A stretch of 64,000 bases of DNA, taken from assembly GCF_000372725.1 (NCBI RefSeq), contig NW_005201192.1, positions 124,001 to 188,000 on the forward strand, in the 5' to 3' direction. Positions 45,309 to 57,587 of the stretch are shown in pieces (the stretch's first letter is position 1; each line of letters starts with the position of its first letter). The notes under the pieces were generated by a model, which was not told the DNA's origin, did no database searches, and saw only the letters and a program-made list of their open reading frames with translations. The position numbers were made by a program, and so were the translations under genes. The stretch is from Emiliania huxleyi CCMP1516 (lineage: Eukaryota).

Positions 45309-47855
45309 CTACCGGCAGGATCGCGGAAAGCTCAGGGAACGTTCGCGGCCAGCCTGAAACCCGATGCCCGTCGCTGCCGCCGCCGCCGCCTCCGCCTGAG
45401 CGGCCTCGCGCTGCGCTGCCTCCTTGGCGCGGTGCTCCTGCGAGGCGCGGAGAGTCGCGAGGCTTGCATCGAGACACCGCGTCCCGGCCCCTCCCCTTCT
45501 CTTCCGGCGCGCGAGGCGCTCTCGATCGTCTGCCGCGGCCGCGCGCGTCCCTCTGCCGCACTCTCGGCCGCACAGACTTACCGCGTCTCTCTGCCGCACT
45601 CTCTGCCGCACTCTCTGCCGCACTCTCTGGGATGCCTCGCCTTGAGCAGCCTCCGCTCCGCCTCCTCGCGCAGCTGCGTCGGCGACTTCGGCCGGAGCGC
45701 CTCGATCTGCGGCGTCGTGCCGAGCAAGTGGTTCGGCAGCGACTGCGCAGGCTCGTCCTCGAAGCAGCGGCTCTCGTGGGACCCCTCAAAATGCCTTCGG
45801 GAGGGCGGAGACAAGGCTCCGAAGAGGGTCCGAGAGAGGATAGCGGCTCTCGCGGTGCGTGTCGGACTGCCTCGCCCACTCCTCCACCTCGAGGCTCGAC
45901 GAGGAGAGCCCCTTGCCCAGCGTCAGCCAGCCGCGCCGCAAGTTGTGGTCCTCGCCTACGGCCGTTCACAGCACACTCACTCACTGAGGAGCTCGAGTGG
46001 TCGAGTGAGGAAGCAGCCAAGCTGGTCGTCGCCTACGGGCGCAGGTCAGGACTCGGCGCACCGCTGCCGTCCCAGGGCAGGGCAGTGCGAGATATGGGAG
46101 GTATGGGGAGATATGCACCGCTGCCGTCCCAGGGCAGGGCAGTGCGAGATGCGAGCCAAGGGGAAGCGCAAGCGAGGGGGGAGGCGCAAGACGAGGAGAG
46201 GTGCCAAGGCGAGGGGGAGGCGCAGGCGAGGGGGTTCGGTGCAGGGGAAATGGGGGGGGGGAGGGGGGAGAGGGGCGGTGTGAGAAGGGGGCGGCGTCGC
46301 CGAAGAGCTCGAGCCGCCGCCGGCCATTGGAGAAGTGCTCGATGATGGCGTAGAGCTCGGTCGGCTTCTCGGTGGAGCCGTACGGCGGCTCCTAGACTTG
46401 AGCTGGCTCGTCGTCACCCGTTAGAGCGGCCCCCCTCTCGGTGGACCCGCAAGGGGAGCTCCTACGGAGGAAAGCTCCGAGAGGCTTCCGGGGAGCCTCG
46501 CGGCGGCGGCTCCGCCGAGGTGGTTGGCGGCGGCGCCTCGCTCAGCATCACGTGAGATATGGGGAGATATGGGGAGATACGAGGAGATATGGGGAGATAT
46601 GCGGAGATATGCGGAGATATGGGGAGATATGCGGCGCCTCGCTCAGCATCACGTCCGTGTCGACATTAGCGTGGATGATGTGCCTGACAGGGAGGTCGAG
46701 TCGACTCAACCGAGCTGCATGGGTGGGCGCCTGCCGACTCCGGGCTGATTGAGCTCGCTGAGCTGAATGTAGCGAGGGCGTGTGTGTCTGCCGGCGCCCG
46801 GGGGAGAGTGGGCGGCGGGGCGCGGGGAGGGTGCGGGTGCAGGGGGAGGGTGTGGGTGCGCGTGTCGGTGCGCCCGTCGTAGTTGCGGCGGACGGTGCCC
46901 TTGATGCCGACGAGGCAGTGCTCCTGCAGGGAGAGAAGGGAGGGGGAGGAGGGGAAGGGAGAAAAGGGAGAGGGAGAGAGGGGCGGGGTGAGGGCGGGCG
47001 AGGAGACGGGCGGCGGAAGAGGGCGGGCGGCGGAAGAGGGCGGGCGGGGGCGTGGCAGGCTCGCCGTGGTCGGCGTGACGACCGAGTCGGGCAGGAAGTG
47101 CGTGTTGCGGCCGGTCGCGCGGTTCGACTTGACCCACGAGATGTCTTCACACCTGCCGACCCAGGAGATGTCTGAGATGTCACACCTGCAGGCTTGGCCC
47201 ACAGGATGTCTTCACACCTGCCGACAGGTGCAAGGCGCAGTGCTCAGCGGTGCGTGACTGCCCGGCACGGCCTCGCGGGGTGAGAGAGGCGCTCGCGCCG
47301 GCGGAAGCCCCATTTGCGCAGGCAGGCGCGACCCCACTGCAAGGAGACGCCCGAGCCGCTCCAGAGGAAGCAGAACGAGGGCGTCTCGGTGATGGCCTCG
47401 ATCCGCAGGTTCATCACCTCCTGCGGAGTCCACACCTCGTCTTCGTCGCCCTCCATGAGCGCGCCCGCGGCCGCCTTGCGGCGCCGGTACTCCTCCCACG
47501 GCGGGTCGATCAGCACGACGTCAAACTTCGTGCCCAGCTCCGTGAGGTCGAAGGTTCGCAGGTCGACCTGCCGGCACGCCGGCGGCGTCGCCCGCTCGGC
47601 GATGAGCGCGTCCTTGAGGTCGACCAGCTCCTTGAGCTTCGGGTACTCCTGAAAGCGCTCCTCGACATCCGAGTCGCGAATGAAGTTTGCTGGCCTCAAG
47701 CCGGTGTCGACAAAGTGCTGAGCGTAGTCGTTCTTGGCCCGATCAAAGCGTCCGCCCCACCTCCCGCCTCCGCGGCCGCCTTTGCCGCGACCGCGACCGT
47801 AGGGCCCTGGCCTCGAGGAGGAGCCGTGCCCTTGTCGAGGAGACGGACCGCTCAT
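45309..47855 (-). CDS. METTL14: m6A methyltransferase non-catalytic subunit METTL14 (MT-A70), multi-exon; 3' end approximate
   Basis: NDYAQHFVDTGLRPANFIRD, FQEYPKLKEL, DPPWEEY, KWGFRR/CEDISWVK, EHCLVGIKGTVRR, IHANVDTDV, KPTELYAIIEHF..GRRRLELFG. Confidence 0.92.
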
Positions 47856-48010
47856 GTTGCCAACGACGTGCGAGCCGAGTGCTGCAGCGGCTGAGTCGGC
47901 AGTGCTCGGCTCGAGCGAGACAGGACGCCGCCCGCGCCGCGAACGTTTCTTTCATTTATGAAAAAGGTTTTCTTTCTTTGATAGTTGAGAAGCGAAATTT
48001 AAGAATTCTT

Positions 48011-48645
48011 CATAGCGGGTCAGCAAGCCCTAAAACGGCGGGAGGGGTAGGGCTATATCGATAGAGCTAGAGGGCTCAACCACCCCTCCACCCCTCCACC
48101 CTCCACCCCTCCACCCTCCCGGAGCGAGAGGGGTCCGTCCTCGAGCCCTCCCACTTCCACCCCTCCGACCGGAGGGCTCGCCAGCCCACAGGGCTGGAGG
48201 GGTCCCCGTCGGATCGGCGTCGGGAGGGCTCCACAGGGTCCCATAGGGCTAGCGCGCTGGGAGGGTGGAGCGGTCCACCGGGGAGAGGGGTCAGGAGGGC
48301 TGGGCGAGGCGGGAGGGGTTGTGGGGTCCAGGAGGGCTCGCCGCCCCCCCGAGCTCGGGTGATAGGCAAGAGGGCTCGGGCGCCGGGAGGGCTCGGAGGG
48401 ACGGTCGGACAAAGGGAGGATCTTCGTGGCGGGAGGGCTCGAGAGGGGTCGGAAGGGCCTCCGGGAGGGGTCGCAAAAAAAGAATGGCGCGGATCTTCCG
48501 AGAGTGCCCGCCACGAGGCCGAGAGGGCTAGAGGGGTGTGTAGGGCTGGAGGGCTGCAGGCCTGCTGAATCCGCCCATGGACGAGGATCAACCGGTGACG
48601 GCGCCCGTGATCGAGGGACTGGGGACGGCGAATGAGCTGGTCTCT
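48011..48645 (+). mobile_element. Left end of a second copy of the 37173-39145 TIR element; no right end seen in the window
   Basis: Begins CATAGCGGGT; about 630 bp highly similar to 37173-37807. Confidence 0.9.
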
Positions 48646-51600
48646 GAGCTTCGGGACGGCGAGTCGCAGCCATCCGGGCCGAGCCCGCTGCCGAGCGGAG
48701 CGGAGGTTCCAGAGAAGCCGGGCCTCACGCAAGCAGTGGAGCAGGGCTGCTACGACGCGGTCCGTGAGGTCGTCCAGGATTTGATGATCAGCTTGACGGA
48801 ACAGCTTTCAACGGAGGCTGTCGCCAAGGAGACGGAGGCGGCTTGGCAGCAGCTGGCTGATGACGGCGACGTGCTCGCCATGCAGTTCGCGCACATCGCA
48901 AGCGCTGTCCAAGGCGTGCCCATATCGGCGGTTGCGACCGTTGTGGAGGCGTCGGCCGAGGCGCTCTTGCGCGCCGTCAACATGGTTGTTTCCACCTCCG
49001 CCAATGGCGAGAAGCGCACTCCTTTCTCTGCCTTCTCGTCGTGCTATCGGTCTGTGGTTGCAGGGTGCGTCACACTCCACTCTCATTTCCTCACACACAC
49101 ACATTGCAGTCACTCGTAAGCATGTGACACAGGACCGGATCGGCCAAGTCTCTGATCTTCAAGGCGATCGCCCCGCAAGCCCTTGTCCCGAACGTCGTAG
49201 CCGAGGTTCTGCGGCCTGAGCACGGGCAGACGGAGGCGCCCGCCGCGCTCCGGGAGGCGATCAACTATCACCCGCGCGAGACAAACGGCGACCTCAAGGG
49301 CTTGATGACGGCCGGCACCGCCTCCTGTGCGCTTCTCATTGAGCACCACCCTTCCTCCCTCTTCGCCACCCACTCGTTGCTGCGTGCCTGCGCTCTTAGG
49401 CGTCATGAACAAGCTCGTCGCTCACCCAGATCTGTGGCGCCTCCTTATGTCCGTCCCTGAGGGCCAGGAGTGGGTTGCCAACATCGAAAAGTCGAGCTCG
49501 CCGGCCGAGCTCTCCGCCTGGACCAAGTTTTGGGACGCCGGCGAGGAGGTCGCCAAGGGCACCGGTGTCACCGACATCAAGCGCATGCACTTTATGATGT
49601 CGCTGCTGCTCATGACGCAGCACGAGTCGGTCTTGCGCATGGCTAAGATGGAGGACAAGAACAAGAACGGCCTCTTCGGCCGTTTCCTCATCACCTTCTA
49701 CGAGAAGAACGCCTTCGACTTCTCCTCCATTCTCGGTGCCGACTACAAGGACCTGCTGTCGGACGAGGGCAAGCAGAAAATGGCGCCGCTGATCGGCGCG
49801 CTCACGGAGCGGGCGATGAAGCTCCTCATGGCGGCGTGGGTTGCGGACGAGTTCCCGCCGCTCTCGGTCCTCTCAGCGTATCAGGAGCAGACGCGCGACA
49901 CGGCTGCGCGGCGGGCCGAGGCGGCGGCTGCGCAGCGGGCCGAGGCGGCGGGCGAGGAGGGCGAGGAGGGCGAGGAGGCGGCGCAGGCCAGCGAGGAGGA
50001 CGAGGAGCCGACCGCGTCGCAGCTCTCTGCGGCGGGGGCTGACTACAGCGTCCTCAACTACGCGGACATCAACAATGGCACAGGCGTGCAGGGGGTGGAC
50101 CGGGCGCCGCTCTCGGAGGAGGGGCAGGAGGAGGAGGGCGAGGACACCGTCCCCCCTCCGAGCCTCACCTCCTCCGGCCGGTCGTCGTTGGGCTCCTCGC
50201 GCCGCTCGTCGTTGGGCGCCGCCGACGGTGCGCCGCCGCCGCAGGAGTCGATGGAGATGCAGAGGAAGCGGTTCGCGACGGAGACATCGACCATGATGCC
50301 GGACGTTCCCGGTGGCGCGCACGCCCTCCTCGTCGCCGCACTCGAGTGCTACGACAACGAGTACATGCGGCAGAGCAGCGGCCCCGACGGGCCAGGCAAG
50401 GCCGGCTACGTGGCCGCCGCAGGCAAGGGTGGCACACACATGCTGCGCCGCTGCCCCACGTTGGCCCGTCTCCGCAAGGGCGCGGAGCTCCTTTCGATGC
50501 TTCAGGGCGTCCGCCGCATGCCTATCGTCGACTCCGACGGCGGCCCGCTCTTCCTCAAAAAGCTGATCGCGGCCATGCAGGAGCGCAAAGACCTCAAGCT
50601 CGGCTGCGACTATCTCGCCGGGGACCCCAACGGCGCTGGGCTTGTGGCCACCGTCGACCGGGCGTCCACGTACCTCGCCTTCATCACCGGGCAGTTGCTT
50701 CTCAAGTCGAGCTACGCCGCCGTGGTCGCGGGCAAGGACGTGCTGCCTCCGGTCGCCAACGTGCCGTCGGTCGTGGCCGTGCCGACGTCGGCAGCGGAGG
50801 CGGGCGGACAGGGGTCCGCCGGCCGGACGCCTGGCCCCGCCACCGACATGCTGGGGCGCGCTCGCAAGATCATGGTCACCGACAGCTTTTTCGTCACGCC
50901 GAGCGAGTTGCCCAAGCACTGCACCCTCGAGCAGTTTCGCGAGGCGGCCGAGCACCTCGAGAGCAACGGGCTCGCGCTCCTCTTCTCTGAGGTGATTGGC
51001 TTTGGGCCGGCGCAGAACATGGTCACGCTCCTAGGACATGGCACCATGATCCGCACCGGCTGCAAGGTCACCTTCGTCGTCAAGATGCTGTCCTACGTGG
51101 GCTGCGACGAGAGCCTCGCGCGGGCGCATCTCTCTGCCGCCGAGGCCAGCGACTACGACGCGCTTCTGCACCAGTCGACCGGCGTCGCTCGCACGGCCAA
51201 GGAGAAGATGCTTCGGCTGCTCACTTACATGGCCTCGGTGGCGGCGCTGGCTGGACGGCTCGACACGCTCGCCGAGCCGGGCGCCATCCGATCGGCGGCG
51301 CTCACGGCGTACCAGTTCTCGGGCGGCTCCCTCTCTGCGCTGACCACCGCCGCGCAGAAGCTGACGCAGCGCAACCTCGACGGGAAAAAAAGGCGGGCGC
51401 TGCTGGAGGCCAAGGCGAAGAACGAGGCGCTGGACCGGGTCCTAGGCGACGCCTCGGAGCTCAAGAAGCTGCACGAGGCCACGCTCCAGGCCGCGCAACG
51501 CCTGCGGCTCGCTGCCACCTCACATACCCGCCAATCCCGCCCACCTCGCCAGCCCGCCGCTCCCATGTCTCCACGTCCCCAGCAGTGCCCGCAAACTCAG

Positions 51601-51784
51601 CCCTGATGCGCCCTCTCAGCTGGCCATCCTCACCAAGAAGAAGCTCGAGCCGGCCAAGTACTCGAGCCTGGAGCTGCTCCCGCACGTTGAGGTGCCCTCT
51701 GAGCCGGCGGGGCCCACCACCTCTACGGATGATTCCTCTGGCAAGCGGGCCAAGGCTGCTGGGGACGACGACGACTTCACGTAG
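48577..51784 (+). CDS. DUF3987/YfjI-like divergent AAA+ (helicase-related) protein; exons about 48577-49013, 49133-49314, 49400-51489, 51620-51784
   Basis: Spliced P-loop-like NGEKTGSAKS, degenerate Walker B LLMSVPE, KFWDAG, MSLLLMTQ..NGLFGRFLI arginine-finger motif, wHTH-like FREAAEHLESNGL. Confidence 0.65.
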
Positions 51785-53002
51785 TTCTGCGTCAGCCTGC
51801 GCTGCCCGGGCGGGTGCGGTCTCGGCGCTCGCCGGCGCGTCCTCGCGCCGCCAACCAGCGTCCTCCTCAGGCGACAGGAAGCTGGGCGGAGCAACCCCGT
51901 TTTGGCGCGGGGCGACGGCTTTGGGTGGAGTCTAGTCGGCGGCGTTGTGTGTGGTGCTCTCCGAACGGACTCTGCCGGGGTCTTGGGTTTGGAGAGAGAG
52001 AGTGGGAAGTGGCGAAAGAGGCGATGAGTGGCGGCCGCGGCGGTGTATATGAGGTGGAGCGACCACCCACATGAACACGTCTTTACATGAAATGGCGTTA
52101 CATGACATTTGCAAGCACATCCCGCCGACGAATCAGAGAGAGAGAGGTTTTTAGCAATACCAGAGAATTAGATTTTTCCCTTGATTTTCCGCCGCTCTTT
52201 TCCGTGTCAAGGCGGGAGCGACACATTTTCTGCTGCGAAGCTAAACTCTTCTCGGACGGACGAAAGGAGTCTCGCCTGTCCTCCCTGCCGAAGAGGAGAG
52301 CAGACACAGGCGATTCAAAGGTCGCTGCTCCCTGAGACGGCACAGTCTGGCCGCAGCGACGCGTGCCGCGAGCGAGAGGCTGACTCGGAAGACACAGTCG
52401 AGGGCTTATGTCGGCAAGCAGTCGGCGGCACTATCGAGTGGCTAAAGTGGCTGAAGGCCAAAGCCGCTGCTCCAGGGCGTCGAACGCGCGTCGAGCCGCA
52501 GCGGCATCCGACCGATGGTGATGCTCGGCGGCGCCGGTGGCGCCTACAGAGACTTCTTCCACCCGGAGAATGACGACGCCCTCTCGGTGCGAGCACTCTG
52601 TGATCAGACCGCTGAGCTCGGTGCGATGCTCTATAGCTCGATGCTGCGACGCTGCGGCGTACGGTCACCGATGCTGATAGCTGAGGCAAGGTACCGAAGC
52701 CGAAGTGTCCGGCGCAAAGTTGCGGATTTGCAGTAGGGCCTGCTTTGTACCACTGCGCGGTTTAGCAGGAGTGCCGCGAGATTGAGAGAGCACTCCCAGC
52801 ACTCCAAGCACTGCAGAAGGATTTGGGCGCTCTCGTAACGGGTTTGTGTGTTAATGACACATTCCTGGTCAGACATAAACAAAGTTTTACGCGGTACAAA
52901 GAACGACACCGTGACCGGGAGCGGAGCTTTCAACTCACACGCACACACTCTCTCGGGCGCGTGCCCTCGCCAGAGACGCCATACTCGCGTGTCACGCGTC
53001 GG

Positions 53003-53490
53003 TCACTTGCTGCGCTTCTTCGCCTGCGCCTGCTTGCGGCGCTCGCGGAGCACTGCGCGGCGCTCTGACGCGGCCTTGACCCGCTTGCGCCGCCACTGCA
53101 TGTACTGCTCCTCGTGCTTCTGGCGCCAAGCTTGGTATGTGGCGGACTCCAGGTCGTACGCCCGCTTGCCGCTCAGCAGCAGCCGAGCGAGCTCGTCACG
53201 CTCCTTTGGCCCAATTACCGTGGCGTCCGCCAGGCCGTACGCCGCGCGCATGCGGCGCACCTCGATGATCGGCTCCTCCATGCAGTCCTACAGTACGCGG
53301 CACGAGGGCAAAGGGGGTTGGTCGGGCGGTTACGAGACTGGAGCGTTAGGCATGGGAGAGGGTGCGCGAACCGTGCGGATGGTCCGCTCGTTCTTGAGCC
53401 ACACCATACGGTGTACAAAGAAGGTGGCGTTCGAGATGGCCATCTCGTTGATGATGTGCTTGAGCAGGCCCAGCCAGGCCGCTGCTGCAA
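53003..53490 (-). pseudogene. Two-exon 3' fragment of an unidentified gene
   Basis: LLKHIINEMAISNATFFVHRMVWLKNERTIRT, an intron, then DCMEEPIIEVRR...; in-frame TAA upstream and a repeat tail at about 53547. Confidence 0.45.
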
Positions 53491-53720
53491 CTTAAAGTTG
53501 CGTTCGCCGCATTTTTACTTGTACACTCCAGCTATCGGTGCTGGATGGAGCACTTGGAGCGCGGTTCGTACCCTGATGGTGGGTGTGCAGCATCACACCT
53601 GAGAACTGCGTCCTTTCAACCATGCGAGGAGGGGGCGTGACATACGCCGAGTTGGCCGTGTCACCATCTCCGACGGTGGAGTCGCGCCAGACTCCGCGGT
53701 GCTCAAGACTGTGCAGCTTC

Positions 53721-55617
53721 ATGCCGGCGGCCCTCCTCACGTCCCTGGCCCTCGGGCAAATGGTCGCTAGCGGCGGCGACTTCCTGACGCGCAACGGATT
53801 CGCGACTCTCGTGCGCGCCCCACCTGTCCCTGCTTCCCCAGGAGGCGTCGCCACCACACGTCGCGGGATAGCCTCGGCCGCACCGCACGAAGAGGGGATA
53901 GCCTCGGCGGCACCGCCATGGCGCGGGATAGCCTCGGCCGCACCGCGCTGATTCACGGCATAATCGCGGATGTGAGGGCGTGACGCTCGCCAAAGACTGT
54001 TTGTGATGATGCCGCAGGGACCCCGCCCCGAGTTCCTCGTTGCGACCATGCGCTCGTCTTCCACGATCAAGCACGACCTCGAGCAGTGCCTCAAGCAGCC
54101 TCCGTCCTTTTTCGAGCAGCACACCTTTAGCATCGGCCACCGCGGTGCGTGCATGCAGTTCCCAGAGCACACGGCTGAGTCATACGTGGCGGCGGCGGCA
54201 ACCGGGGCCGGCATCATCGAGTGCGATGTGGCGGTGACCAAGGACGGCGAGCTCGTGTGCCGCCATTCGCAGTGCGACCTCCACACCACCACCAACATCC
54301 TGCTCACCTCGCTCGCTGACAAGTGCACGGAGCCCTTCAAGCCCGCAGATCCTGACAGCGGCACTGGTGCTTCGGCTAAGTGCTGCACGTCAGACATCAC
54401 CCTCGCGGAGTACAAGACACTGTGCGGCAAGATGGACGGAATGGATTCGACGGCCACGACCGCCGACGAGTACGTCAAGGGGACCGCCGCCTGGCGAACC
54501 GACCTCTACTCCACCTGCGGAACCGTCGTCTCTCACGCGGAGTCCGTGGAGCTCATCAAGAGCCATGGCGCGCTCTTCACGCCCGAGCTCAAGGCTTACA
54601 CGCCGGGCGCGCGCCGGGCCCCCGAGATATGTAGGATTGGGCTGCTGCGGGACGCACGCTTGAGTTCCGCCCTGCTGCAGGCGTCGGCATGCCTGCCTAC
54701 AACACGATCCGCCAGAAGCTCATGGATGAGTACACGAGTGCGGGCGTGGCGCCGTCGGATGTCTGGCTGCAGTCGTTTGTGGAGCAGGATGTGATGTACT
54801 GGCTGGCGGCCTCGCCCGCTGGCTTTGGCCCGCAGGCGGTGATGCTCGACAACAACTACACGGACGGCACGGCAGGCGGCTTGATCGACGCCTTTGACAG
54901 GCTCTCGTCGGCCGGCGTGAAAATCCTGGCGCCTCCGATGCAGATGCTCGTCAAGGTTGGTGCTTGACGGGCTGCGGCCCCTTTTCTCCCCTGCTCCCCT
55001 CACGGAGAGTGCTCCTCCCCCGGCACGCACCGCAGGTGGAGGCAGGCGAGTACCTCCCGTCAAACTACGCGATGGCGGCCAAAGCCAAGGGCTTCGAGCT
55101 GATCACTTGGACGCTCGAGCGGTCGGGTCCGCTCGTGTCGGGCGGCGGCTGGTGCGTGAGTGTGCTGCGTGAGATCGCCCGTGATCGAACACAATAAGGA
55201 AGCTACTCACCCCCCTCGGTACAACCATGCACTCTCATACGCATATTTCCGAACAGGTACTACGGCACCTCGAACGACCACACCAAGGTGGACGGCGACA
55301 TGCTCGACCTCACGCACACGCTCGCCACAAAGGTCGGCGTGGTACACACAATCCGAACTTCTGTGAGTGGCGCCCCAACAGACATTGCGCTAAGCTTCCG
55401 CCCTCCGCTGTAGCTCGGCATCTTCAGCGACTGGCCAGCCACGACCACGTTCTACGCAAACTGCATGCTCAAGCCTCGCATCTCGATCGGCGAAGCGTGC
55501 GACCCTCTTCGCCCGGCTTGCGCCTCCGGACTCGCTTGCCTCCCGAAGCCGCACTCGCGCCGCAAGCTCATGTTCGCCTCGACGGACAAGTGCGCCGCGG
55601 ACTATACGTGCATGTGA
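53721..55617 (+). CDS. Secreted glycerophosphodiester phosphodiesterase (GDPD), multi-exon
   Basis: [62 protein letters not shown]. Confidence 0.93.
53863..53946 (+). repeat. 3 x 30-bp tandem repeat in GDPD intron 1
   Basis: GGGATAGCCTCGGC(C/G)GCACCGC core separated by 8-bp variable linkers. Confidence 0.85.
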
Positions 55618-55932
55618 GCCTTCGCGAGGCCGCGTGCAAGCGTGGATCCGCGGAATGCGGGAGCCCAAGCGCGGATCCGCGGAATGCGGGAGCCGGCCCT
55701 CAAGGCTGGGCCCCCACCTAGTCGCGACAAGTGGTGCGCTAGTCGCACTCCCCTTTCTAGCGTGATCCACGGACTCAACACAAGCCGCAGGCTTCGCAAG
55801 ACGGTGTCCGGCGGGTTGGTGAACTGTATAAGTGCGTGTACATATGGAGAGAGACAACATCGACAACCAACACGCCCGTCGCCCGAACGTAAGTTCGGCT
55901 GAGTTGACGATGCATGTGTGCAGCGCTCCGGC

Positions 55933-57587
55933 TCAGCCGAGCCAGCCGCCGTACGAGTATGTGTCCCCGCCACCCTGCTCGCTCCTGACTCTGTTCTCGA
56001 GCAAGCGAGCGGCGGGGCTAGCCACGCCCTGTTGCACAGCTGTCGACGTCGCTCCGGCAACCGCGGACGCCGCGGACGCCGTTCCACCTGGCACCTCCGC
56101 CGAGAGAGGCGCGGACGGCTACCTCGCTCCTCGGGCTCCGCATACGCGATCTGCATCGCGCTGCCCGTGCCCCGCCCCACCACACCGACCCTGAGGTCGA
56201 GAGAGATGTCGAGCCCCACTGTCACTGCGCCCTTTGCGAGCAGCTCGAGGAGTAGCGTGTTGAGGGTGGTGGCGGGTGCGCGCAGAACGATCGGGAAGGC
56301 GCGGTCCGACGGGCGGCGCGAGAAGGCCGCGAGTGCGAGCGGCGGGTCGAGCCGCGGCATCGTGACGGAGCCAACCTTGGAGCCGCCGTAGACGATGCCT
56401 ATCGAGATTGCCTGGACCGAAGCCGAGACGTTGAACGGGTTGGATACGCGGCAGGCCGCGGAGGCGTGGACGACTGCGTCGCCCCACGGGTTGACCAGCT
56501 TGCTCGTCACCAAGCCAGTGAGCGCCTGCGGGACGTCCAGCGACATTGCGATCTCGTCGAAAAAGTGCGCGCCGCCTGGGCGGCCTGGAAGCGACGTGTC
56601 GAGGCGCAGAGACGAGAGCGCGGCATCAAACAGCGGCTCGCTGGCGGCGGTGATGACAGCGGTCAACCCTGTCGACGCCCTGCCCGACACGTAGTCATGG
56701 AGCACCGCGCGAAACGCATCCGACTCCTCGTCGGGGACGGCGAGATGCCCAGTAAGCGAGAGTGAAGTGACTCCTCTCCGCATGCTGACGGGTCCGACCG
56801 TCGACACCTTTGCGAAGGCCGTGCCGTCGCTTGTCAGGATGGAGAAGTCGAGCACGCCGATGGACAGGAGTTGGAAGGACGACGGGTTCCGGATGCGCAC
56901 CCCCATCGAAAGCGCGACGGTGGCGTTGCCTTGGTTTGGCTGAAGCTCGAACGAGTCGATCAGAGGGTCGAGTCCCCCCGCGCCTCTGAGGTGTAGCCGT
57001 TTCACAAGCGAGAGCTGGCGGAAGTGGCCGAGCAGCGGCACATGCACGTCCACCCATCCAGCCACGTCGAGCTCGAGCTCCGACTCCTGCACCACCGCAG
57101 CGCTCAGGGCCTGGAGTGGACCGAGCCCGAGCGGCACAGCCATTGGGCCGGCGATGGTGATTGGCACCGCACCGCCTCTGTCGAGCGAAATCCGACCCAC
57201 CTCCAGCCGGCCCACCACCCCACCACCGTGCACGACGTCGAGGCTGGCAGAAGTTATGCTGCAGCCCACAGGAAGAGGAATCAGGTCGAGAACGCCTGTC
57301 GCCTCGACGAGCAGCGAGCTTCCGTCGCCAGCCGCGAGGCTGAAGGTTTCCAGCTTCAGCACGGAATTGCCAACGACGGTCTGCACAGCCGCCCTCGCAA
57401 TCACCAGCACAAATACGAGGGCGATGAAAGCGAGGCACAACTGAGTCCGGCGACGAAAGCGAGGCACGGCTGGCTGCGGGTGTTGGTCGTTTGTGTCAGC
57501 AGGTCTGTTGTGGGTCCGTTTCTTCGCGAGCGGCGAGCTACAGGCGACGGCGACTGGCAGAACATCATGCGACTCAGCCCGCGGCAT
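55933..57587 (-). CDS. Single-TM protein with repeated LEA-2/DUF3712-like beta domains
   Basis: N-terminal TM; repeated IRNPSSF and VSNPFNV motifs; 3' end inferred. Confidence 0.6.

Noticed and set aside
52387..52736. Candidate transposase fragment downstream of the DUF3987-like gene
   Set aside because: No DDE, BED finger or hAT dimerisation motif recognisable
53863..53946. Repeat-spacer pattern resembling a CRISPR array
   Set aside because: Only 3 units with 8-bp linkers, intronic in a eukaryotic gene, and no cas genes
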